Shown here in pieces: positions 8,132 through 15,568 of a stretch of DNA of 26,019 nt (the stretch's first letter is position 1; each line of letters opens with the position of its first letter). The notes under the pieces were generated by a model. That model was given only the letters and a program-made list of their open reading frames with translations. It did not search any database and had not been told where the DNA came from. The position numbers were made by a program, and so were the translations under genes. Origin of the DNA: a virus (taxonomy: Duplodnaviria; Caudoviricetes); the IMG/VR virus record IMGVR_UViG_3300042901_002923, positions 1-26,019 of that record, one strand, 5' to 3'.

Positions 8132-8578
8132 TTAAAGATGATATCTCAATCCAAATCCTACAAGACTTGAATGTTTACCATCTTTAACAGTTCTTAGAAT
8201 TGATTGTTCTAAGCACCATTTTTTGTTTATCCTATAACCAACGGAAGGAACATAAGTAAATTGTCCTTTTTGTCCGTTGAAGAAGGTAACACCCCCATCA
8301 AGACCGATATGGAATCCTTTTTTGAGGTGCTTACGGAAACCAACCAAAGCTGGAATTCTTGCGAATCCGTCTTTGTCTTGCATGAAACCAAGAGAGACAT
8401 TCCAGTTTTTCTTTGAGAAATCTACTCTTTGACCCCACGCTTTGGAATCCCAATCAACATTTTTTGCAATTGGTGCCATAGCGGTTGCTCCCACAGATAT
8501 GTCCCATCCGTCTTTCTTTTGAGCAAATGTTGCTAATGAGAATACCATTGCAAAAAATAACAAAATGTGTTTTTTCAT
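8132..8578 (-). CDS. Small outer-membrane beta-barrel protein
   Basis: Signal peptide ending TFA-Q; alternating amphipathic strands; C-terminal beta-signal GFGLRYHL. Confidence 0.75.
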   Translation of the reverse strand: MKKHILLFFAMVFSLATFAQKKDGWDISVGATAMAPIAKNVDWDSKAWGQRVDFSKKNWNVSLGFMQDKDGFARIPALVGFRKHLKKGFHIGLDGGVTFFNGQKGQFTYVPSVGYRINKKWCLEQSILRTVKDGKHSSLVGFGLRYHL

Positions 8579-8605
8579 TTGTGTTTTGTTTATTGATTTA
8601 TAAAT

Positions 8606-8645
8606 AAAAATCCCATCACATAACTCTATTGAGATGCGGATGGGA
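8606..8645 (-). terminator. Extended bulged hairpin + U5 (terminator and/or 3' end of a small RNA)
   Basis: UCCCAUC-C-GCAU-CUC-AAUA-GAG-UU-AUGU-GAUGGGA-UUUUU. Confidence 0.6.
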
Positions 8646-8670
8646 CTGATATTTCTGTATTATAAATATC

Positions 8671-9078
8671 CTACTTGTTTGAAATGTTCGAAGTTTCAGT
8701 TTGGTCTCTAAGATAGTTACATTCAAAAGATGAACATGTTTCAGGTCTTACGTCATAAATCATACAAGACCTAACATGTGTATTATAAAAAATACAGGGT
8801 AATTTTGGATTACTCAAATCTACTTTGAGTGCGGGAAAATTATTTTTGTCTTGGAATGTAGATTTATTCGGGAATAAATTTTTTCCCTCTTCATAAGTTA
8901 AAAAAACCTCTTTGAATAAAATTTCGCGACCCAACTTTTCAGATAACCTATCTAAAAAATCGGAAGTATCGTGGTGAGGACCGATAATGAAATCTCTATC
9001 GGCAATCGTACAACAACCGCCATGATTTCCAATGAAACCCATGCACTTGTTACTACAAATATTACAATCTGAACCCAT
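8671..9078 (-). CDS. YkgJ-family cysteine-cluster (Zn/Fe-chelating) protein
   Basis: CxxCxxxC...CC...CIFY...CMIYDVRPETCSSFEC pattern. Confidence 0.8.
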   Translation of the reverse strand: MGSDCNICSNKCMGFIGNHGGCCTIADRDFIIGPHHDTSDFLDRLSEKLGREILFKEVFLTYEEGKNLFPNKSTFQDKNNFPALKVDLSNPKLPCIFYNTHVRSCMIYDVRPETCSSFECNYLRDQTETSNISNK

Positions 9079-9089
9079 AAAATAAAAAA

Positions 9090-9487
9090 TGGTGGACCCG
9101 AGCGGAGTCGAACCGCTGTCTTGTTCGCGATAACTATAAGTGACTACACGTTTATTACAACATTGTTTCTCAATGTTCCGAAATATTGAGTTTGATATAT
9201 GTGGGAACCAAACTCACAAACAACCTGGTCTCAGAGTTATTTTGGAGGAGCTCTGACCTGTGACCCCTATAACGGACTTCTGTTCCTAGGTTTATGTCCT
9301 TCCCGACCCGAAAGTTGAGTTCCTAATTTAATTAAGCCTCAACAACAGCTTCCTCAGCGATAAGACCGAGAGCAGCCATTTTAGCAAAAGTATTGCCAGT
9401 TATTATTCAAATCAGTTTTTAAGGAGTTAATTCAGCTCCTACGTGCCACCTATAACTACACACGCCAATCAATACCGTGACGAGCCC
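9090..9487 (-). ncRNA. ssrA: tmRNA (SsrA), 398 nt
   Basis: 5' GGGCTCG pairs with 3' CGGGTCC-ACCA with G3:U70; T-arm AGCGG-TTCGACT-CCGCT; long P2 pairing (GTGGC/GTCAC, ACG/CGT); PK1 stem AGGAG/CTCCT; AATAACT upstream of the resume codon. Confidence 0.93.
9332..9397 (-). other. tmRNA tag reading frame (A)GNTFAKMAALGLIAEEAVVEA*
   Basis: Frame from GGC after AATAACT to TAA; Ala-rich; resume codon inferred by analogy to Bacteroidota tags. Confidence 0.8.
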
Positions 9488-9507
9488 ATAATTTCAAATA
9501 ACTTTCA

Positions 9508-9515
9508 CAAATATA
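9508..9515 (-). promoter_or_regulatory. Bacteroidota-type -7 element TATATTTG for tmRNA
   Basis: TAnnTTTG 20 nt upstream of the mature 5' end. Confidence 0.6.
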
Positions 9516-9553
9516 ACAATAAATATTTTAATTCCAAACCTCTATTTATCATT

Positions 9554-10597
9554 ATGGGTAAATTCGATTCTTTTGTTGCTTTGAAAAACTTTATTCAGGG
9601 AAAAATTGATTCTTATGAATTGATGAATTCAATTCCTAAAATAAATAAAGTTGAGGTGAATTACGATGATTTAAGTAAAAGTATTATAGTTTATGATTTT
9701 GAAAGGGAATCTGATTTGTTGAAATTGATAGGTGTATCTGATGATGATATTTGGTTTTATGATGCGGTGACTTCACCTTATGGAAGTTATTCTATATACA
9801 CCACCGATACTTCAGAGACAGATTTTTACGAGGGTTATGGGATATGGGATGAATTAGACGATGACAATTGGGATAAATTGAAGACTATTTCAAATTTCAT
9901 CATGAAAAAACCTTTTTCACAAGATACTGATTTTTTGAGTGAATTCGCAGTGTTACTGAATAAGTTATTTCCGAAGGAAGTTAGGAGTATGATAACTGAT
10001 TATGCTCAGGAGAGGGACAATCAAATGACTGATAGTGCTGAGAGAGTAATCGAAAATGACCTTGATGATTATTTCTCACAAGTCGGTGTAAAATTCACGA
10101 ATGGTTTACTCAAAATTGAAATTGGAAAATTATTCGACCAGTATGTTAGTACGGGTAAATTAACACTATCATTAGAAAAAATCTTAGAAAATTTTCTGAA
10201 ATCAGATTACACACCAGAGGGCGGATGGGGCGATTCAACGTGGGAATATCAAGAATCTGAAGGATTTGACACAGAGAGATTTAATAGATATGTGGAAAAT
10301 AACTTGGATTCTATACTCGAAAAAATTATGGAAAATGAGGAGCAGGCTCAAAGGTTTCTTACTATGATTCAAAGAATCGAAAAAAAATTTAGACCTAATG
10401 TTTTATATGATTTACCCAAAGACAAATTTAATTCAGTTAAATTTTCTATACAAGGGTATGATTATCCAACACAAACTATAATTGTAAAACTAAGAAAGGA
10501 CCTCAAACAAAAAGAATTCAAAATGACGGAGGAAAACTTTTATAATTTACTATATCAGCCAGAATTATTTAAAGTTGGAGAATTACATAATTTGTAG
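9554..10597 (+). CDS. Acidic hypothetical protein
   Basis: Start revised to ATG 9554 (MGKFDSF): TATTTATC is 3 nt upstream and the ORF-track start lies inside the tmRNA. Confidence 0.75.
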   Translation: MGKFDSFVALKNFIQGKIDSYELMNSIPKINKVEVNYDDLSKSIIVYDFERESDLLKLIGVSDDDIWFYDAVTSPYGSYSIYTTDTSETDFYEGYGIWDELDDDNWDKLKTISNFIMKKPFSQDTDFLSEFAVLLNKLFPKEVRSMITDYAQERDNQMTDSAERVIENDLDDYFSQVGVKFTNGLLKIEIGKLFDQYVSTGKLTLSLEKILENFLKSDYTPEGGWGDSTWEYQESEGFDTERFNRYVENNLDSILEKIMENEEQAQRFLTMIQRIEKKFRPNVLYDLPKDKFNSVKFSIQGYDYPTQTIIVKLRKDLKQKEFKMTEENFYNLLYQPELFKVGELHNL

Positions 10598-10609
10598 TAC
10601 ATTTGTGCT

Positions 10610-11440
10610 ATGCAAAACGATTTAAATTTCCTAAAAGAGGTTCTATCAGTACCAACAGTGACTTATCGTGAAGATTTGATGATAAGATTCATAGTTGATT
10701 GGTTAGAAAAAAATAAAATTGAAAATTATGTTGACGAACATGGTAACGTTTATGCGACCAAAAAAATTTCTGAAGTGGATGATGATTTTCATTATCCTTG
10801 CGTTGTATCTCACACTGATACTGTTCACTCCATTAAACATTTAACTATTCAAGAGGAACAATTACCTAATGCTCAAGGGGATTTAAAATTATCGTTGAAG
10901 GCCTACGATGAGAACGGTTCCCCAACAGGTATAGGAGGGGACGATAAAGCTGGTGTTTTTGCTTGCTTGAAATTGTTATCAGAATTACCTTTTCTAAAAG
11001 CGGCGTTTTTTGTTTCCGAAGAAACAGGTTGTCATGGTTCAAGAAATTGTGATGATAAATTCTTCAAAAATGTAGGCTACGCTATCCAATTTGACGCTCC
11101 TGAAAATTGGATGGTTACTGAAACTTGTTCAGGTCAAGTTATGTTTGATAGGGAGTCGGATTTTTTCAAAAATTGTAATGAAGTTCTAACTGAGAACATG
11201 CATAAAGATTACATCGATTATATGGTCCACCCTTATACTGACGTATTTGCGTTACGTAGTAAATTTGATTTTTCTTGTATAAATTTTTCTATTGGATACT
11301 ATGATTATCATTCTCCAAACGAGTATGTTGTTGTAGAAGACGTTTACAATGGAATCAAAATGGGAAAACTCATGATTGAAAAACTTGGTTATAAGCTACA
11401 TTTCAAAAAAGCAAAACACCCAAAAAAGTTTTATTTATAG
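10610..11440 (+). CDS. M20/M28-clan zinc peptidase
   Basis: SHTDTV, GGDDKAG, SEETG, QFD and YHS metal-ligand motifs; TACATTTG at 10598-10605. Confidence 0.85.
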   Translation: MQNDLNFLKEVLSVPTVTYREDLMIRFIVDWLEKNKIENYVDEHGNVYATKKISEVDDDFHYPCVVSHTDTVHSIKHLTIQEEQLPNAQGDLKLSLKAYDENGSPTGIGGDDKAGVFACLKLLSELPFLKAAFFVSEETGCHGSRNCDDKFFKNVGYAIQFDAPENWMVTETCSGQVMFDRESDFFKNCNEVLTENMHKDYIDYMVHPYTDVFALRSKFDFSCINFSIGYYDYHSPNEYVVVEDVYNGIKMGKLMIEKLGYKLHFKKAKHPKKFYL

Positions 11441-12091
11441 AAATTTTTCTAATTTTTCTATAAAAGGTTTAACCATGGGATGGTCTTGTATGTCGGAATA
11501 ATCCATCCCCTTTGACTTCATGTATTTTATTGTCTCAATTATTCTCTCTAAACTTGTCCCAACAATTTTTGATGCTTGAGGATATTGCTCAATGAATTGG
11601 GACAATCTGAATATTTTTTTTACGTCCTCAATCGGCATTTTCAAACTAAAAACTAACCTACCTAGCATGTTTTTTGCATATTGGTCTGCATCTAATTCCA
11701 TCTCCCAATATTGTTCATAAATTTTTTCGAAATCTTCCAAATCAAAATCAGAGAGAGGATTGGGCATTTTTATATCTGAAATTTGTTGTTCGTGCCTTAT
11801 TTCATGAAATAAAGTGTAGAGAAAATCTCCCAAAGATGACATTTGACTCGGAGCACAAATGATGATTTGGTCTCTTGTTCTGACACCTAAGTATGTTGTA
11901 CAAGCATTCAAAAATTTTACATTATAATTAGATTTTTCTATGAAATTTTTTACAAAATTTTTAATCATAGGAATCCGGTCCAAATAAGCTTGTTGAAACT
12001 GGGATTCAAACCTTTTCAACACATTATCTAAATTAGACGGTGAGTCTTTGGATTCGGACTCACTAAAATTTTTTTTGATTGAATTACGCAT
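11435..12091 (-). CDS. Putative zincin-like metallopeptidase
   Basis: LFHEIRH (HExxH) plus downstream ELDAD; TATTTATA 4 nt upstream of the ATG. Confidence 0.65.
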   Translation of the reverse strand: MRNSIKKNFSESESKDSPSNLDNVLKRFESQFQQAYLDRIPMIKNFVKNFIEKSNYNVKFLNACTTYLGVRTRDQIIICAPSQMSSLGDFLYTLFHEIRHEQQISDIKMPNPLSDFDLEDFEKIYEQYWEMELDADQYAKNMLGRLVFSLKMPIEDVKKIFRLSQFIEQYPQASKIVGTSLERIIETIKYMKSKGMDYSDIQDHPMVKPFIEKLEKFL

Positions 12092-12106
12092 TTTGTATAA
12101 ATACAG

Positions 12107-12132
12107 AAAAAGGGACTTATCGTCCCTTTTTT
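12107..12132 (-). terminator. Intrinsic terminator overlapping the Clp ATPase stop
   Basis: AAAAAGGGAC-TTATC-GTCCCTTTTT. Confidence 0.75.
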
Positions 12133-14126
12133 GTAATTTTTATTTCATCTTTTTCAACTTTCAAATGATAAGTTTTTCCTTCGATAAATTTTCCTGTCAG
12201 AACTTCTTCAGAGATTAAATCCTCAACTTTGTCTTGTATTGCTCTTTTCAAAGGTCTGGCACCATACAATTCATCGTACCCAATTTTTGATAAATATTCA
12301 ATCAGAGTATCATCGTAGGTTACTGTGTACTTCAAATCATAAAGTCTCTTAGACAGTTTTTTCAGTTCAATTTCAGTAATTTTTTTGATATCCTCTTTAG
12401 AGAGAGAATTAAAAACAATTGTGTCGTCAATTCTATTCAAGAATTCAGGTGAAAAGAAATTTTTCATTTCTTTCATTAAAACTTGTTTTCTTGCTTCTTC
12501 ATTTGAATAAGAATTTGAAAATCCAATACCAGTACCAAAATCTTGTAATTTTTTTACACCTAAGTTTGTGGTCAAAATAATCAAAGTATTTTTGAAATTG
12601 ATTTTTCGACCGAGTGAGTCTGTAACGTGACCCTCATCTAAAATTTGTAAAAGTATTGTGAAAACATCTTTATGCGCTTTCTCAACTTCATCGAATAAAA
12701 TTACAGAGTAAGGTTTGTTTTTAACTTTTTCAGTCAACTGTCCGCCCTCATCATATCCCACGTAACCTGGAGGTGCACCAACTAATTTTGAAACGGTGTG
12801 TTTTTCTTGGTACTCACTCATGTCCACTCTAATAAGAGCATCTTCTGAACCGAACATTTCTTTCGCAAGTTGTTTGGCAAGGTGTGTTTTACCGACACCA
12901 GTTGAACCTAAGAAGATGAAAGAACCAATTGGTCTATTTGGGTCTTTGATTCCTAAACGATTCCTCTTTATAGATTTGACCACTTTGATGACTGCTGAAT
13001 CTTGTCCTATGACTTTACCCGTGAGTTCTTTGTCCAAATTTATAAGTGATTTAGTATCATCTACAGTCATCTTGTTCACAGGAATTTTCGTCATGTTTGA
13101 GACCACATCATAAACCATCGTCGTAGTTATTTCCTGTTTTTGTTTTTCCATCTCCTCATCAAATTTTTTCTTTTCCGAGTCCAACTTGTCTAACAACTTT
13201 TTTTCTTTATCCCGTAGTTGAGCTGCTTGTTCGTAATTCTGTTTTTTTACAACGTCAATTTTTTGTTGTTTTATTTCTGCGGCTTTTTTCTTCAGTTCTT
13301 CGATAACTTCAGGAATTTTTACTTCGGTCTGCATACGTGCACCAACTTCATCCAAGATATCAAAAGCTTTATCAGGGAACTCTCGGTCTGTGATATATCT
13401 CTCAGCTAATTTGACGCAAATTTCAATTACTTCGTCTGAGTATCTAACCTTGTGATATGATTCGTATTTAGAACGAATATTTTTTAAAATTTCGATAGTT
13501 TCTGCAACAGAAGATGCTTCTACAATAACTTTTTGGAATCGTCTTTCTAAAGCTCCATCTTTTTCAATGTTTTTTCTGAATTCATCCAATGTTGTTGCTC
13601 CAATAATTTGAATCTCACCACGAGAGAGGGCTGGTTTGAAAATATTGGAACCATCCATAGAACCTGCAGAATTACCAGACCCAACTAAAGTGTGAACCTC
13701 ATCAATAAAAACAATAATGTTCGGGTTTGCTTGTAATTCTTCAATAATAACTTTCATCCTTTCCTCGAATTGCCCCCTATACTTTGTTCCGGCAACGACA
13801 GAGGTTAAATCTAAATTCACAATCCTTTTATCAATTAGATTTTTTGGGCATTCACCATTCACAATCTTCATTGCCAAACCTTCAACAATCGCAGTTTTAC
13901 CACAACCAGGTTCTCCTAAAATAATGGGGTTATTTTTTTTTCGTCTAGAAAGAATTTGTGCAATCCTCAAGATTTCTCGGTCTCTACCAATTACAGGGTC
14001 TAATTTACCTTCAGATGCAAGTTTGTTTAAATCTCTACTGAAATTGTCCAAAACTGGAGAAGAACTGTCAGAGGTTTTTTGTTTTCTACTTGTTTTCATG
14101 TCATCATCATCCATTAGTTCATTCAT
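12117..14126 (-). CDS. clpC: ClpC-type AAA+ unfoldase lacking the N-terminal repeat domain
   Basis: Two NBDs (GEPGCGKT/IVFIDE; GSTGVGKT/ILFDE), pore loops KYRG and GYVG, UVR-like middle domain (YEQAAQLRD), IGF ClpP-docking loop. Confidence 0.88.
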   Translation of the reverse strand: MNELMDDDDMKTSRKQKTSDSSSPVLDNFSRDLNKLASEGKLDPVIGRDREILRIAQILSRRKKNNPIILGEPGCGKTAIVEGLAMKIVNGECPKNLIDKRIVNLDLTSVVAGTKYRGQFEERMKVIIEELQANPNIIVFIDEVHTLVGSGNSAGSMDGSNIFKPALSRGEIQIIGATTLDEFRKNIEKDGALERRFQKVIVEASSVAETIEILKNIRSKYESYHKVRYSDEVIEICVKLAERYITDREFPDKAFDILDEVGARMQTEVKIPEVIEELKKKAAEIKQQKIDVVKKQNYEQAAQLRDKEKKLLDKLDSEKKKFDEEMEKQKQEITTTMVYDVVSNMTKIPVNKMTVDDTKSLINLDKELTGKVIGQDSAVIKVVKSIKRNRLGIKDPNRPIGSFIFLGSTGVGKTHLAKQLAKEMFGSEDALIRVDMSEYQEKHTVSKLVGAPPGYVGYDEGGQLTEKVKNKPYSVILFDEVEKAHKDVFTILLQILDEGHVTDSLGRKINFKNTLIILTTNLGVKKLQDFGTGIGFSNSYSNEEARKQVLMKEMKNFFSPEFLNRIDDTIVFNSLSKEDIKKITEIELKKLSKRLYDLKYTVTYDDTLIEYLSKIGYDELYGARPLKRAIQDKVEDLISEEVLTGKFIEGKTYHLKVEKDEIKITKKGR

Positions 14127-14291
14127 AGTATGTATTTTTTACAAAGATGTATCAAAAAATGTACACAAACAAATAATTTGTAAAATTGTCATAATAATTT
14201 TTTTTTACATGACATTATGACATTTATCTGTTTACGGCACAAAAGTTGAATCTAATTATATAAATAATAAACCTCAAAAACAAAAAAAACT

Positions 14292-14687
14292 ATGATTTTA
14301 TCAAACAATGAATTGAACAGAATTTTCGATGAAATTTTCAACGGAACTTCAAACTCTTATTACAAAACCTCAGTAATTTCAAAAAATTCAAATGAAGAGA
14401 ATTATGAAATAAACCAAACTAAGGATGGTGCATATCTTTTCTTCGAGGTTCCAGGTTTTAACAAATCTAATTTGAAAGTTGAAATGGAAGACGGAATTTT
14501 AATTATTGAAGGAAAAAGAGTTTATAAGTTGAACGGAGAGGAAAAAACTAAATCTTTTTCCAAAGAATTTAAAATTGGTAAGGAGTATAATTCATCCGAG
14601 ATTGAGGCCACGATAGAAGACGGTCTACTAACGGTATTCGTACCTAATTATAAAAAGCAAGAGAAAAAAAGAATCAATCTCCTTTGA
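14292..14687 (+). CDS. Small heat-shock protein (Hsp20/alpha-crystallin)
   Basis: EVPGFNKSNLKV...ILIIEG...FSKEF...IEATIEDGLLTVFVP...INL. Confidence 0.9.
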   Translation: MILSNNELNRIFDEIFNGTSNSYYKTSVISKNSNEENYEINQTKDGAYLFFEVPGFNKSNLKVEMEDGILIIEGKRVYKLNGEEKTKSFSKEFKIGKEYNSSEIEATIEDGLLTVFVPNYKKQEKKRINLL

Positions 14688-14689
14688 TG

Positions 14690-14720
14690 AAAAACCCTCA
14701 ATTAGTTTGAGGGTTTTTTT
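14690..14720. terminator. Bidirectional terminator between convergent genes
   Basis: AAAAACCCTCAA-TTAGT-TTGAGGGTTTTT. Confidence 0.8.
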
Positions 14721-15255
14721 CGCACCAATCTATTATCAAATGAACTCTGTCTTCATCACCCTCGTTCATAAAAGAGTGAGGTAATTTATCATTATTCATT
14801 TCCCAAATTTCACCAACTTTCATGTTTAGAGATTCTTCACCTACTTTGAATATACACCTTTCATTTGTAATAATGGGAATATGTATTCTTCTTGAGAATT
14901 TGAAAGTATTATTTGCACTATCTACGTGAGTTGGTATAATAGTTTTTTTGTAAAGCTTGGTTAAAATTGCTCTGAGTAAATAACCTAACCCTTCGGTGTG
15001 TTTTTTTATAACCTCGGATATATTTTTCAAATCATCCTCAAAGAATACGTAATTTTTCGTTAAAACAGGATTGAAATTAGTTGAAAAAAAATCGTCATCA
15101 TAAACTATTTTTATTGTTTGTGTGTTGACCATATCAGTACATGCCTTTTGTCTCAAAGTAAATTCATTCCAATCCACCTTATTTTCATTCAAAATTTTCA
15201 AAATATTGGACACGTCGTAGTTCCCATAATATCTAAAAGATTCATTTACATTCAT
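14698..15255 (-). CDS. Aspartyl/asparaginyl beta-hydroxylase-like 2OG-Fe(II) oxygenase
   Basis: IPTHVD (HxD), RIHIPI, distal H (PHSFMN) and RVHLIID. Confidence 0.85.
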   Translation of the reverse strand: MNVNESFRYYGNYDVSNILKILNENKVDWNEFTLRQKACTDMVNTQTIKIVYDDDFFSTNFNPVLTKNYVFFEDDLKNISEVIKKHTEGLGYLLRAILTKLYKKTIIPTHVDSANNTFKFSRRIHIPIITNERCIFKVGEESLNMKVGEIWEMNNDKLPHSFMNEGDEDRVHLIIDWCEKNPQTN

Positions 15256-15304
15256 ACTTATAATTATAATTCTTTAGTTAAAATAAAACTTATAAAATTT
15301 TTTT

Positions 15305-15547
15305 ATGTCAGTAATCAAAGAAACAATAGAAGGTACTAGAATTATAAATGAGATAAAGTCATCTAATTTGAAAAAAACCGAATATGACACAGAGACAAAA
15401 ATGATGGTTGTTGAATTTTTGAATGGTTCAAGATATCAATACGAAGATGTACCACATCAAATATATACAAGATTTAGGTTGTCCGAATCTCAAGGGAAAT
15501 TTTTTTCAACCGAAATTTCCAAAAAATACAAATTCAAAAAACTATAA
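15305..15547 (+). CDS. KTSC domain protein
   Basis: SSNL....YD...M.VEF.NG..YQY.DVP...Y..F....SQGKFF...I pattern. Confidence 0.9.
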   Translation: MSVIKETIEGTRIINEIKSSNLKKTEYDTETKMMVVEFLNGSRYQYEDVPHQIYTRFRLSESQGKFFSTEISKKYKFKKL

Positions 15548-15568
15548 TTTTCGCAGTATTTATTGTGG

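Noticed and set aside
9090-9125. Apparent second tRNA (T-arm + CCA)
   Set aside because: No anticodon arm at tRNA distance; the acceptor partner is about 400 nt away, so this is tmRNA
9443-9553. ORF-track N-terminal extension of the 9443-10597 ORF
   Set aside because: The GTG start lies inside the tmRNA 5' end on the other strand; ATG 9554 has the promoter motif directly upstream
4037-14687. Host chromosomal contamination or prophage flank (TBDR, ssrA, clpC look cellular)
   Set aside because: The same promoter motif and terminator style run through both arms, and no integrase or att duplication is visible; read-level confirmation is still advisable
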